Positions 14,121 through 26,917 of a stretch of DNA of 64,000 nt are shown here, in pieces. The stretch comes from Marsupella aquatica. Its lineage: Eukaryota > Plantae > Marchantiophyta. The notes under the pieces were generated by a model that saw only the letters and a program-made list of their open reading frames with translations, searched no databases and had not been told where the DNA came from. The stretch covers positions 9,776,283-9,840,282 of the forward strand of contig OZ316892.1 of the NCBI GenBank assembly GCA_973895155.1, read 5' to 3'. The position numbers and the translations under genes were made by a program. Each line of letters begins with the position of its first letter. Positions within the stretch are counted from its first letter, which is position 1.

Positions 14121-16802
14121 GTCATCTTTAATGTAGCTAGAAATGGAGATGCATGCCATTCAATTTGGGCAATTTACAGAGTGAGTGAGGGGGGTCACTA
14201 GCATTGTAGGGAGTGTGTTTTCCCAAACACTCATGGAACTAGAAATGTAGATCCAAGCCATTCAATTTGAGCAGTTCACAAAATGAGCAAAACGCCAAAA
14301 GGAAGGTGTTTCAATTCTTAGAATATCATGTTCAATAGTGATTCCATTAGAATACCTTTGTTATATATAGAGAAGGTTCAAAAAGAATACTTTTAAATTT
14401 ATGTAGAAGAACATTAGGGTTTTTAACATATTATTTTGAGAATTATAAGAGAAGATAGAGTTTTAGAAATGAATTTTGGAATATTCCAAAAAGATAAGGG
14501 TAAACAAATAGTTCAAAAAACATTTTCTTATTTTTTAGGGTGTTTAATCGCAAACGGGATCGCAAAAAACATAGAGTGTGTTATGAGACCCCCTTTAGAG
14601 TGAGGCCCCTCAGATCTTCATTCAAAATTTGAGTGATCTATTTGTTTTATATTAAAATGAATGAATAATAATGAGTATTTTTTGTTTTTGTGCGTAAACA
14701 CCTTATTATAGACCCCATTAGAGGTCCCTTCCAAAATTTGAGACTCCAAAGCATACCATGTCATCATGGTGTGCTCCAAACAAGAATGAATTGGTTTCTA
14801 AATTAAAATAACACCACAATTTGTGTTTGTTGCAAGTTCTAGGTAAAATTGAGGGCGTCATGCCATAAAACATAATGTAATTTTATTTGACGTAACCATT
14901 TTAGTTACCCTGAGTAACCAACTTTGCATTTAGTAGTAGGCCCGCCCTGATTCGCCATTATTCCTACTTGTCGCATGTCTCTTCTCAGATATTGCATTAC
15001 AATTCCACCACTTGAGATAATCTGCATATTCTTTACAGTTTCTACATTTCCCAATGCCTCTGCCCAGCCAAACAATTTGTCACAAGGAACATTATTGAAC
15101 ACTATCATCTTGCTTTCCTTCCAAGACACCAGTATCTACCAATGAAATGTGTTGGCAATAGCACCTTGGAATTCCTATGCAAAGATTGATTTGGGATTGA
15201 AGAAACAATAGAGCTTTTTGTGTGATTTGATAGGTGATTTTCTCTTGGATATCTTGGATTGTGGCAAAGCAAAATCAAATTTAAAATCAAATGCTGCTCC
15301 AAAACATTTAAATGTTTTAGCCGACAGCAGACGAAGAGGGGTAGAAGCGGGGCTTTTTCATTCTCTTGAACCACAGATCAGCCAATTTCTATGAAATTTC
15401 TCAAGGAATCCTAGGAAGTAGCTAGGTTTTGGTCCTTAGTTACCAGAATGGCTGCCAGCTATCCCAATTTAGTTGATTCTCTTGGGAAATTTTGTTATCC
15501 GTTCTCCCAGATTAAACATTTCACATAAGATCACAAGCAGAACCCACTACAATGCTAACTGTAGTTGATTCACACTGTCAGCTTCAAGTTAGTACATCAC
15601 AGCCTTCCCCTTCAGATTGCGAATGAAATTGATCGTGCTCTTGCCTACAATGCCCAACTGTACACAATTAACATCATTCTAGGCAAGGGTAAAGAAAAAG
15701 TGGTCTTAGTTCATCCCTATGAACGGCTTTCAAACATTTGGAATGGTCTTTGTTAGTATTATGAGAGGTCTTTTTGCTATTGCGTATGCATCTGAGCTAA
15801 CTGGTACAAACACAAAACAGATAGGAGTCCAGGAACTAATTTTACTTCCTTCATTTAATAAGTTTTTGGTCAAAGTAGTTTGAAAATATGGGTTCTAAAG
15901 GTTTTATGTAATTTACCCCCAATTCAAACCATGGATGGAAAGAAACAAAAATATTACCCATTGTAAAAACAGAATGTTTGTATTAATCTCTACCAAAATA
16001 ATTTGGTATAAGAAACAACTCTAGTTCCTCGACAAATGGAGGCACCTAGGGAAGGCAAATTGAGTATAAATGAATCAATGGGCACACGCCATCATTGCCT
16101 GCCCCCAACTCTTATGGGTATAGCTTGGTCCATGTGTGTGGATGGCAGCCAAAGGTCAGGGTATTATGTGTAGGCGTTAATCACATCAACCTTATGATCA
16201 AAAAGATGTTGCTGATGTTCTGTCCGTTTAAGATCAATTCCTTAAGATATTCCTTGAGGTTACAAGGGATTGTGTTCACTACTTATGTACTTTTCAACAC
16301 CAAACCAAGTATACTTGTTTATTGCCATTGGAAGTTTTAGTAATCTTAACTTCCATTACAAACCAGCTTAGATTTGGACTACCACTCCACAATCACACAC
16401 TTTTAGCTCATACAAGATGGTGCTGTATTTGTTACTACAACCCTCGTCTAATCCTTAACATTGAAATTGAACAATTGCACTCTTATATCTTGTCTTATAA
16501 TACGTGCACCTGCTTATACCAATCATCCGCTGTATGTAGTGTCTGCAATTGGAAGTTAAACTTGCATACCACGGAAGCATGATTGACATGCTTAGAATTG
16601 AAGAAGTCACCAACTTTGATTCTGAACTTAGTTTGCATTATATAGTGCTCCAACAAAGGACTTGATAGGGCCATGCAGGAAAATACACCCCTATCAAGGT
16701 CCCTACTTTCCAAAAGGACTTCTTGGGGGCTTGCAACTGTGGCTTGCTCATCACAGGTATCAACACCTTTCCTCTTCCTTGACTCAACGTGGTAGGTAGA
16801 TG

Positions 16803-17390
16803 AGGGGTTAACTTAGTGTCCTGCTTAGTGTATACTTTGGGGTACCACGTGCAATCTTAGCCTAATATAAAGACACATATTTTCTCGGGGGTCTCACTAT
16901 ATGGGGGCCTCCCCATCACATGCAATGTTTTTAAGCCTCAAACCCCATAAAATGCAAGAATGAAATCTTATTTTTTGACCCCTATAAAGTTGGAATAATC
17001 TTGCAATATTCCAAATTTTTGATTAAAAAGACCCTAATGGACTTACAAGTCTCAAAATTGGATTAAAAAACCCTATTGCTCTTCTGAGAAAATTCTTAAA
17101 TCTTTCTTTGAAACCAATAAACTGACTCTATCCTTTGTCACACGTGATTGTCATTTTGTGGAAGTAAAACACCCAAACTATTTTAAAGAAAATGTTTTAT
17201 ATTTTCAATATTAATCACCTATTTTACCTTATATGATATATATGCCAAAGAACATTCTATAAATGTGAGTTTATAGTACCTTTTTGCCTCCTACACTTCA
17301 TTAAAATTTGGCTTATGTCTATGAAAAATACATATTGTGGGTCGCACATGGTTCTTGTGATTTTCGATAGTTGATCCTTCGAGGGTACGT
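16803..17390. mobile_element. MITE (same family as 38690-38980) interrupted by a ~290-bp MITE at 16884-17177
   Basis: Colinear with 38690-38980 on both sides of the insert (GGGGTACCACGTGC...; TATTTTCAATATTAAT...; GCACATGGTTC). Confidence 0.7.
16884..17177 (+). mobile_element. ~290-bp MITE; inverted copy at 25533-25816
   Basis: Short TIRs GGGGTCTCACT and AGTAAAACACCC. It matches the reverse complement of 25533-25816 over its full length. Confidence 0.7.
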
Positions 17391-17704
17391 AGACTGATCC
17401 AAATATGCCGTTGTCAATAAGGTGTATGCATAAGAGTACTCTTGCCTAAAATTAAATACTTGGGCAAAGCATGTACTAGAGTTGGGCGGGTATATTGCAA
17501 CAAGATATTTTCAGGTATCAAATTTTGCTATACCTTGTTGTGATGCCAATGAGACGTCTTGGACTTATACGATAATACAAGCTTGTCCATAGGCTTTACG
17601 CCGTAAGTGGCCATAGAAGTACATAGGTAATAGCATAATTACAAGATTTTGTTGTGAAATAATGATTAAGTAAGACATAGGCTACTGCCTTCCCCCGAAC
17701 ACAA

Positions 17705-18036
17705 TGTTAAGGATTGCTCTTAGTCTTGTGACTCAAAGGTTACGACACTTAGGCTAACCACAGTTAGGGTCTTAGTTGAGGTTAGGTTAGTCGTGTGTGA
17801 CCTTGAATATACCAGGGCTAGTGTAAGCCGCTGGTGAGTGGTGCTTACTCATTGTAACAGAGCAACTTGAGGAAGAGGGAGAGCATGTGTGTTCGTCTAC
17901 TCTTGAAGTAAAGCTTGAGTGTTCATGTGGACGTAGCCTTGGAGAAGAGGTGAACCACGTAGAGATTGTGTCGACTACGTGTGCATGGAATGAGTCATGG
18001 TTGTATTGTCGTTGCGAATGACGTCTTAGTTCAACA
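17705..18036 (+). repeat. 5' LTR of the copia element
   Basis: Direct repeat of 24103-24434, followed by the PBS. Confidence 0.95.
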
Positions 18037-18889
18037 ATTGGTATCAGAGCAAGCCTGGGAGGTGACATTGAGGTGATCAAAATTTTCTTGACGTGTTGGT
18101 GACGGTTTTTCCAGCGGTTAGAGTCAGTGGATTTCACGAAGATCTATCGCATGGAACTTGGAGGTGTTGGGCTCAACGGATAGATCGGGGCAAGGGCTTT
18201 CCGACGGTACAAAGAAATCTCTGAACGGAGTTCATGGTGTGGAGGAATTCACGTTTCCATCGTTCTGGATTTTTTGTGATTTGTGTTCGACGGTTTTCTT
18301 CGACGGTTCTTTTGGGGGGGAACTGAGATCGTTTTCCCGACGGTGTGAGCTTTGTGGTGCGCGAGGCGTCACAACCTTTAGCTCAAATCGTAGATCGGGC
18401 AAAGCTGATCATTTCGGTAGCTGGTTTGCTATCGAGGGTGTAGTGAGTGCGATGTACCAAGCAAAAGAGCCGTTCTGAGTTTCTGACTGGCTATGGAGTC
18501 TTCTTTTGACTGAAGCGGGGTTTCTTGTCGTTGCGTTCGACTCGGAGGAAGAAACGGGAAGTGCAACGGCTCAACGGAGAGATCGCGGTGCAGTGGTCGT
18601 TTTGAGTCCAAGATTGACACTTGACGCGGAGTGAAGGAGTCATGACGGGAATTTTTTACTCTGCTAGAGTTACAAACGGTGCCGATGCAATTCGGTAATA
18701 TTTCCCATCGACAACTAGTCTTTATCTGGTGTAAAGTGATAACGGCAGTGTGAGTAACCCAACAAATTTATTTTTTGTGCACATTTTGCCTTAGCATAGG
18801 GCCTTTTTGGTGGTGTGTATACACACCCTCCCGACCCTTGCACCCCTATCAATACCCCGTTGGCGACCCCCTCCTCCTCCTCGCTAATA

Positions 18890-19045
18890 CTCCCGTCCTG
18901 GACGTCCCGGATGTCCCAAACGTCACAGTCGGCGCGGACGTCGCAGCCGGCACGGACGTCCCGACCGTCACAGCCGGCACGGACGTCCCAAACATCCCGA
19001 CCGTCGTGGCCATCCCGAACGTCCCAGAAGTCCCGGCCATCGCAG
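18890..19045. repeat. GC-rich degenerate 9/18/27-bp tandem array in the copia leader
   Basis: Recurrent GGACGTCCC, GACCGTCAC and AGCCGGCAC units. Confidence 0.75.
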
Positions 19046-19765
19046 CTCCATCCCTGCCCATTCTGACTCGGTTTTTTACTCCCCGGCCCCCTGTGCACTG
19101 CCTGGCCCGTCACGCGTCTAGGCGACGCGGATGCACCTTTTTTAAGACAGTATTTTTGTGTTAAGGGGCTTAAACCCCCTTAGGCCCGGTTTTTTAATCC
19201 TTTCCAGGCTCCTCATTGGTTAAGCGGCATCCCGGGACCGGTGACCCACCAAATTAACCGCTTGGACAGGGGGAACGCCCCCCTGTGAGACCTGTTGCAC
19301 AGTCCAAGGAATATTCCAAAAAAAAACAGAGAGCTGTTTTTCGGCCTTTAGTCAAAGATTCCAAGGTCCGAACGGTAACTTTTTTCGGATCTTTTTTGGC
19401 GAGAACATAGCCACTGAAGCTAGCAACGCGGTGCACCACTTGATTTGAATTTCCGACAATGGGTGGTACTTGGAATTTTTCTTATTCCCCAAGGTGGTCA
19501 AAACGGGGAAGAATTTTTGAGTTTTACCCACCCCGACCGAAACGTGAAAAAGTTTTTTGTTGGAACTCGATTTCAATTTTGGATTTCAGCGTTGGCTTGC
19601 TAGGTTGGTGGGCTAAGTGGCGGTGACAAGTTTCAAGTTTTTTGGAAAGTTGCGAAAAACAACATTTTTTCGTGATTTGGATTTGAGTCAACGAGAAGGA
19701 AGGAAGGAAAAAGCATATAGGGAGCAGCACAGCAATAGCACGTGGAGAACGTTCGGAGGACAACA

Positions 19766-22700
19766 ATGGCATCCAAGTTTAGAGGTGTCAAGTTTGAGGT
19801 GAAAAAATATGATGGGCGCACAGATTATTTGCTATGGGAGAAGCAGGTTAAGAGAATTCTTCGTGCTATGGGCCTAGATCATCTGCTATCGACTCGGGAG
19901 GAGTCTAGCAGTGAGGAGGAGATCCCATTGAGGAAATGGAGGCAAGAGCAAGTGATTGCTGTGAATGCGGTTATGCTGTATCTGAAGCCGCATATCATTA
20001 AGAAGCTGGATGACTACGAGGATTGCTTATCCTTATTCAAGGCCCTTAGAGAGAAGTACTACCGAGAGGATGCCTTAGATCGGTTGTACAAGAAGTCTCT
20101 CTTGATGAGCTTGAGGCTAAAAGAAGGAGGCAAGCTTCGAGATCACTTGGATGAATTCGTCAGCCTAGCTGTAGATTTGTCAAATCTTGGCAAGGGAGTG
20201 GAAGATGAAGATAAGGCATTGCTTCTTCTCAGTTCCTTACCCCCATCGTATCAAAGTTTGAAGCAGGTTCTCTTGTATAGAGATCTCAAAACTATTTCAT
20301 ATGATGAGGTGGTAAGCTCTTTATTGTTAGATGATGCACAAAAGAAACTGGGTCATGCCCAGACACCATCTTCATCTGACAGTGCATTGAATGTGAACCA
20401 CGGGAGGACTCAACAGCGGATGACTGGTGAAAACAGGTCCTTTTCACAAACGTACCCCTCACGGAATAGAGGCAAGGAGAAGGCTCGGTCTAAGTCTAGA
20501 TCCAGGTCTAGAGAGAAATCTCTAGAAAGGAAACCAATTATATGCTGGAAATGTAACAAGCCTGGCCACATGAAATGAGACTGTCGAGTCAAGCAGACTC
20601 ATCAACCATCAGCGAATGCAGCCACTGATGTTGATATGATTGACTTGCTTGATGATGAAATCTTGTGAAGTCCAGATGTTGCCCTTTGCATTTCATCCAG
20701 TAATAACGGTGATGAATGGATTTTAGATTGTGCCTGTACCTATTATATTTGTTGTATGAAAGAGTTTTTTACTTCTTACTCAGTATCAACCGGTTCCGTG
20801 TTGATGGGGAATGATCATCCTTGTCAAATTGTTGGAATTGGATCCGTGAAAATTTGGATGTTTGATGGAGCTGTGCGAACAGTGAGTAATGTCAGACACA
20901 TACCTGACATGAAAAAGAACTTGATTTCTCTTGGAATGCTGGAAGAAAATGGATGTCGGTGGAGTTCTGCTGATGGTATTCTTCAAGTGTCAACCGGAGG
21001 CAAGGTTGTCATGAAGGGTAAGCGGCATAGGAATCTATATTTGTTGGAGGGCAACGTGATTTGTGAAGAAGCCAATGTAACTAGATCTCAAGGCGAGATG
21101 ACTCAGTTATGGCACTGCAGATTGGGACACATGAGTGAAAAGGGTTTGGCGGTACTTCGTAGGAAAAGACTTCTTTCTAATTTGGAATCTACTAAGCTAG
21201 ATTTTTGTGAACACTGTGTGCTTGGGAAGCAGCACAGGAGAACCTTTGGTGTTGGAACTCACAATACCAAAACTATACTTGAGTATGTACATAGTGATGT
21301 GTGGGGTCCAGCCCCAACTCCCTCACTTTCTGGAAAATTGTACTATGTCACGTTCATTGATGATTACTCACGGTATGTGTGGATCACATTTCTACACGCC
21401 AAGTCTGAAGTTTTTGGCACTTTTAAGAAGTGGAAAGCCCAAATTGAGAATCAAACTGGATCCAAGGTGAGATATCTGCGATCAGATAACGGCGGGGAGT
21501 ACAGTTCAAGTGAATTTGAACTATATTGTGCAGAGCAAGGGATTACTCGTCATCTCACAACAGTTTATACTCCTCAACAGAATGGTGTTTGTGAGCGGCT
21601 AAACCGAACACTATTGGAGCGATCGAGGAGTATGTTGAGCCAATCAGGTTTACCGCATAAATTTTGGGCTGAAGCTATAAATACGGCAGTTTATTTGTTA
21701 AATCTTTCTCTTTCAAGTGCAATCAATTTCAAGACGCCGTTTGAAATGAGGTATGGACGGCACGCAGACTATCAGGTTTTGAGAGTCTTTGAAAGTGATG
21801 CATATGCTCTCATACCTAAGCAGAATCGATCTAAACTAGATTCTACTTCCAAGAAGTGTCTTTTTCTTGGTTATCAACCAGGTGTGAAAGGTTACAGGCT
21901 ATGGGATCCAGAAGCTTCTACGTTGCTTGTCAGTAGAGATGTCTCCTTTAATGAATCCAGATCATCAAAGGAGGGGGAGAATGCTCAGGCTTCCCGTACT
22001 GACAAAGGTAAATCTCCTATCCTGGACCATGTTGTGGGGGAGATTGGTCATGAGAGTTTTCATGACATAAATGAAGGAGGTGCTCCGAGAATGGAGCTGG
22101 TTCCGGTATTGGAACAAGAGGAGCAAGTTGTTGTTGGAATACCTCAAATTCAACCAACAGAACAAGATCAACCAGAATCATCAGCTAAAAAATCAAGACG
22201 TACTACTCGAGCTCCTACAAGGTATGGACAATGGACAGATTCATCAAGGTTAGATGATGTTGACATTGCACCTGAAGATGATGACAGAGCACTAATCTTG
22301 GAAGAAGGAGAACCTTCTTCTTATCATGAGGCGTGCATTTCAGACGAGAAAGATGAATGGAATGCAGCGATGCAGAGGGAGTTGCAATCTTTAAGTGACA
22401 ACAGAACATGGGAGCTAGTGCAACTGCCAAGTCATCAACAAGTGGTGGATAGCAAGTGGATTTACAAGCTGAAGGACAACTCTTCAGATGGAGGAGACAA
22501 GACATACAAGGCAAGGCTTGTTGCCAAGGGATTCACTCAAGAGAAGGGAGTGGATTACAATGAGGTCTTCTCTCCAGTTGCCAAGTATTCCACGATACGA
22601 ATTTTGTGTCAACTTGTTGTGTTTTTTGATCTGGTGTTAGATCAAATGGATGTTGTTACTGGTTTTCTCTATGGCATTTTGGAAGAACAAATTTTCATGA

Positions 22701-23874
22701 GGCAACCATTGGGCTTTGTGAAGAAGGGCCAAGAGAGTTTAGTTTGCAAGTTGCTTAAGTCCTTGTATGGATTGAAGCAAGCTCCTCGACAGTGGAACAA
22801 GCGGTTTGATGATTTCATGCTTGCACAAGGATTCACTAGGATGGTGTATGATCCTTGTGTGTATACGAAATCAGTCAAGAATGGTGTGTTTGGTTTGCTC
22901 ATTCTGGTGCTCTATGTGGATGACATGTTGATTGCGGCTAAGGATCAAACTGAGGTTGACAAACTCAAAGCAAAATTGAGTTCTAAATTCCGAATGAAGG
23001 ATCTTGGGAAAGCCAAGAGGATCTTAGGTATGGAGATTACGAGGAACTTTGAAACTGGACAATTGTGGCTGAATCAAGGCAAGTATGCTGAAAAGTACTT
23101 GCAAGATTCAACATGGAAACTTGTAAGCTAGTAAGTATTTCTTTGGTTCCACATTTCAAGTTATCATCGGCTTTTTGCCCCACGGATCCAGTGGAGAGAG
23201 GCTTGATGACTAAGGTTCCTTATGAGAAGGCAGTGGGCAGTCTAATGTATTTGATGACATGTACTAGGCCTGATCTAGCCCTAGCAATGGGCAAAGTGAG
23301 TAGATTCATGTCAAATCTAGGGAAGGTACATTGGGAGGCTGTGAAATGGATTCTCAGGTATCTTAAGGGCACAATAGACTATGGTCTGTTGTTTGATAGT
23401 AAATCAAACAAAACCAAATCTTTGGTTGGCTATGTAGATTCTGACTACGGAGGCTGTTTGGAAACAAGGAGGTCAACGAATGGGTATGTGTTTAATACTC
23501 TTGGAGGAGGATGCATAAGTTGGAGATCTACCTTGCAGAAGTGTGTATCTCAGTCTATTACAAAAGCAGAATATGTTGCAGCAGCAGAAGCAGCAAAGGA
23601 AGCAATTTGGTTGGATAAGCTGGTCACTGAGATGGGATTGGAGCATGGAAAAATGACTCTTTATTGTGACAGCCAGAGTGCGCTTCATCTAGCTATTAAC
23701 CAGGTGATGGATAGCAGGGTGAAGCACATTGACATCAGGTACCATTTTATTAGGCAAGCAGTGTCTGATAAAATGTTTGAGCTAGTCAAGATTGATGGAA
23801 AACTCAACCCGGTTGATGCTTTTACCAAAGTGATTCCTTTGGAGAGTTACTCAAGACACCGTGCTACTTTGTAG
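19766..23874 (+). pseudogene. Copia gag-pol polyprotein (gag, protease, integrase, RT, RNase H), disrupted
   Basis: The zinc knuckle CWKCNKPGHMK*DC has a TGA at 20576, and a second TGA lies at 20666. Domains: protease WILDCAC; integrase LWHCRLGH, HSDVWG, LRSDNGGEY; RT LYVDDML; RNase H GYVDSDY, KHIDIRYHF. A 1-nt deletion near 23092 breaks EKVLARFNME. Confidence 0.93.
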
Positions 23875-24102
23875 GTTTTGCATTTGCAGCACAAGTAGAG
23901 TAACTTAACAAGATGTGATTTCTGTATATGAGTTACTCAATCTTGTTATGGCTACGGCTTAATTCTAGTTAACTCTTAGTTAACCTTAAATGGTTTTTAG
24001 GGGGACACCTATGGTTTTAGGTGATTGTCTAGAATTTCCCGCTAAGTATCTCATATGGATAGCAGAAATTGCAATCCCCAGAACTAGAGTCAAGGGGGAG
24101 TT

Positions 24103-24434
24103 TGTTAAGGATTGCTCTTAGTCTTGTGACTCAAAGGTTACGACACTTAGGCTAACCACAGTTAGGGTCTTAGCTGAGGTTAGGTTAGTCGTGTGTGACC
24201 TTGAATATACCAGGGCTAGTGTAAGCCGCTGGTGAGTGGTGCTTACTCATTGTAACAGAGCAACTTGAGGAAGAGGGAGAGCATGTGTGTTCGTCTACTC
24301 TTGAAGTAAAGCTTGAGTGTTCGTGTGGACGTAGCCTTGGAGAAGAGGTGAACCACGTAGATATTGTGTCGACTACGTGTGCATGGAATGAGTCATGGTT
24401 GTATTGTCGTTGCGAATGACGTCTTAGTTCAACA
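24103..24434 (+). repeat. 3' LTR of the copia element
   Basis: Preceded by the PPT and followed by the CACAA TSD. Confidence 0.95.
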
Positions 24435-25532
24435 CACAATGCCCGGGTGTTGTGTTCGAATATGGGATTTTTAGGGCTCTAAAAGGAAAAAGTTGTTTTT
24501 CTTCAAACACAACATTGTATTAACACAACACCCGGGCACTGTGTTCGAAGTTGACGTTGTTTTGGAAATTGCACCCCGTGTTTGAGAGATTTAAAGTTGG
24601 CGCTATGTTTGAACAGTTGGCGCGGTTTAAAATTGCACCCTGTGTTTGAGAGAGATGTTATTTTGTGTTTCCTGTTATATTTGAAACTGAAGCAAAACTG
24701 AACCAAAAAAGTTGTCCACAGTATTTGCAGCGTCTGTAGCAATATTCGCAACAATGTCTGGAGCAAAAGCTCAGACACATGTAGTTGACTGAAAGGGCAC
24801 TTGACAATTTTATCTCCTTCTAAAACTTCTTATGTGAATGTGCACATGCACAAAGTTAGAAATCAGATCAATATTGAATCTCTAAACTCCTATTCTGACT
24901 TATCTCCTACAAATAGATTCATGAAATTTGTGACAGGCTTTCCTTTGGGTAATAGGATGGAGATCCTCTTGGCTCTCTTCCTTTGTGTAATTTCAGTGTT
25001 TGAATTACCTACACATTCCCAAACACTTTCTTTAAGACATCAGTTCTGTATATGACTTTTATTTGTGCTTACACCATAAATTAATCTCCTAGCTTTATAC
25101 ACAACGCCTAAACTCAAACACAACGTCAAACTCAAACACAGAGCCACAAGTGAAAAAATCCAAAACCTTGTGACAAAATTTGAACACAACGCCTAGAGCG
25201 CTATATTTGAATATAGCGCCCCCGGCCCACTATTCAAGTATAGTCTAGGCGTTGTGTTTGGGGGAAGACGGTAGTTAGGAATTATCACCTTGCGCAGGTT
25301 AGTGGCACAACATGATGGGAGGTACGTAAATGTACGTTGTTAGGCTCGGGCTTTGTTGGAGGATTTGGGGCAGATTCCACTCCTGCTTGGACTCGGATCC
25401 AAAGAGTGGAGGTCTAATCATGATTGGGCTAGCCGGGCAGTTGTGGAGCTGGGGTCTGTTGTAGTGTGCAATCCATGGCTGTTGGACCTACTAATTTTGT
25501 TGAAGTTGAATCAACTGTGTGTACATGTGTCC

Positions 25533-25816
25533 TCCGGGGTTTCACTTCCACAAAAATGGCACATCACGTGCAACAAAGGATAGTGTTGTTTTATTGATTC
25601 TAAGGAAAAACTTAAAAAATTTCTCAAAAGAACAATAGAGTCTTTTAAATCTAATTTTGAGACCTATAAGTCCATTAGGGTATTTTTAATCAAAATTTTG
25701 GAATATTCCAACTTTATGGGGGTCAAAAAATAATATTTTTTCTTACATGTTAGGGGGTTCGAGGCCTAAAAATGTAGCAGGTGATGGGGAGGCCCCCATA
25801 TAGTGAGAACCCCAAG
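25533..25816 (-). mobile_element. ~290-bp MITE, inverted copy of 16884-17177
   Basis: TIRs GGGGTTTCACT and AGTGAGAACCCC; the internal sequence matches the reverse complement of 16884-17177. Confidence 0.7.
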
Positions 25817-26917
25817 TATATGTATGACAAACCCTAAAGTAATGTCTTTTCCCCACCATTTCCTTTGTGTAAATGGGTGTATAAATTGACATTGAATGCT
25901 GTGAACTTTGATGCTCAGACTCATGTCATGGTAATCTTGTATGCCACCCATCAGCGCTTGGTCAAGCGCATTACTCAAAATACGCATGGGTTGTGAGTTG
26001 CAAATAGAGGTTGTGAGTTTGGGTTGTTGCTCGCATCAGTGGAGCCAAATTAGAGAAATATCATGCAAAGGCTTAGAAGTCCTTAAACTAGGGTTGTTCA
26101 AAGTGATCAATGATGGATACATTCAAGTAGCAAAACACAAATGATACCTAAAATAAGTGCATACCTTCTCTCTATATATGCATGCTTAACGCTAGTTTAT
26201 GTGAAGAAACGCGGACAACAAGTCCCTCCTTGCCCAATCATCAATACTAACAAAGTTTGTGTCACATTAAGAGTTGGTACAATCCAATTAAGTACTAAAC
26301 TTTGGTGTGACACTTGTACAATACCTTACCTGACTGGGATCAACTTTCTTATATCCACCTTTGTACCGAGTCTAGCAGGTATATATTTGTTATATCGGCT
26401 TTAATTAATACCTATACCTCCTATGTATAGAGGGAGGTATAGGCCAGGTATTGATTCATGAAAAGAAACTTGAGACTGGAGCATGAGACTCTTCTAAATC
26501 CAAAGTACTCTTGGGGTACATGTGCATGCATCTTTGTTTGGAGAAGGTATATGTTCACAATATGCATTGCAATATACTTGGCAACATATATGTAAGGCCA
26601 AGTTAGATATATTTTGGCTAGTTTATGTCCTATCGGGTGTGGCTCCTACCACTTGGTGTAGGCAGAATGAGAGGACTTACCTTGTAGTTGGATTTTTGGC
26701 TCAAGAATTCCTTGGGCATTGATTTCTTGGATCCCAAACTGAATGCAAGCATATATATTTTGATTATTTTCTGGTGTGTCAACAAACTGTCATTGACATA
26801 GACTGGGGTTGGAAAATGATGATTGTTACTTGGTGATGATCTCCAAGAATTTGCCGGATGACTCTAGGGTGGAGTCACATGGTGGAGTCACATGGATGCA
26901 CATGGCTATGCATTGCA

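Larger units (their letters stand above)
17705..24434 (+). mobile_element. Full-length Ty1/copia LTR retrotransposon
   Basis: LTRs 17705-18036 and 24103-24434 are 332 bp, TG..CA, with 3 differences seen. TSD is CACAA on both sides. PBS TGGTATCAGAGC (tRNA-iMet) at 18039-18050; PPT AGAGTCAAGGGGGAG at 24086-24100. Confidence 0.97.
17685..25271. mobile_element. Non-autonomous Tc1/mariner-type (TA TSD) DNA element, ~0.85 kb, split by the copia insertion
   Basis: Reads TA|CTGCCTTCCCCCGAACACAA[copia]TGCCC ... GGCGTTGTGTTTGGGGGAAGACGG|TA. It carries many internal AACACAAC/TGTGTTYGA motifs. Confidence 0.7.

Noticed and set aside
17787-18137. Duplicated ORF (also at 24185-24439)
   Set aside because: It is an antisense reading of the two LTRs, not a gene pair.
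16884-25816. Long inverted repeats as TIRs of a 9-kb Mutator-like element
   Set aside because: Each arm is a complete MITE with its own short TIRs, there is no shared outer TSD, and the left arm is an insertion within another MITE.
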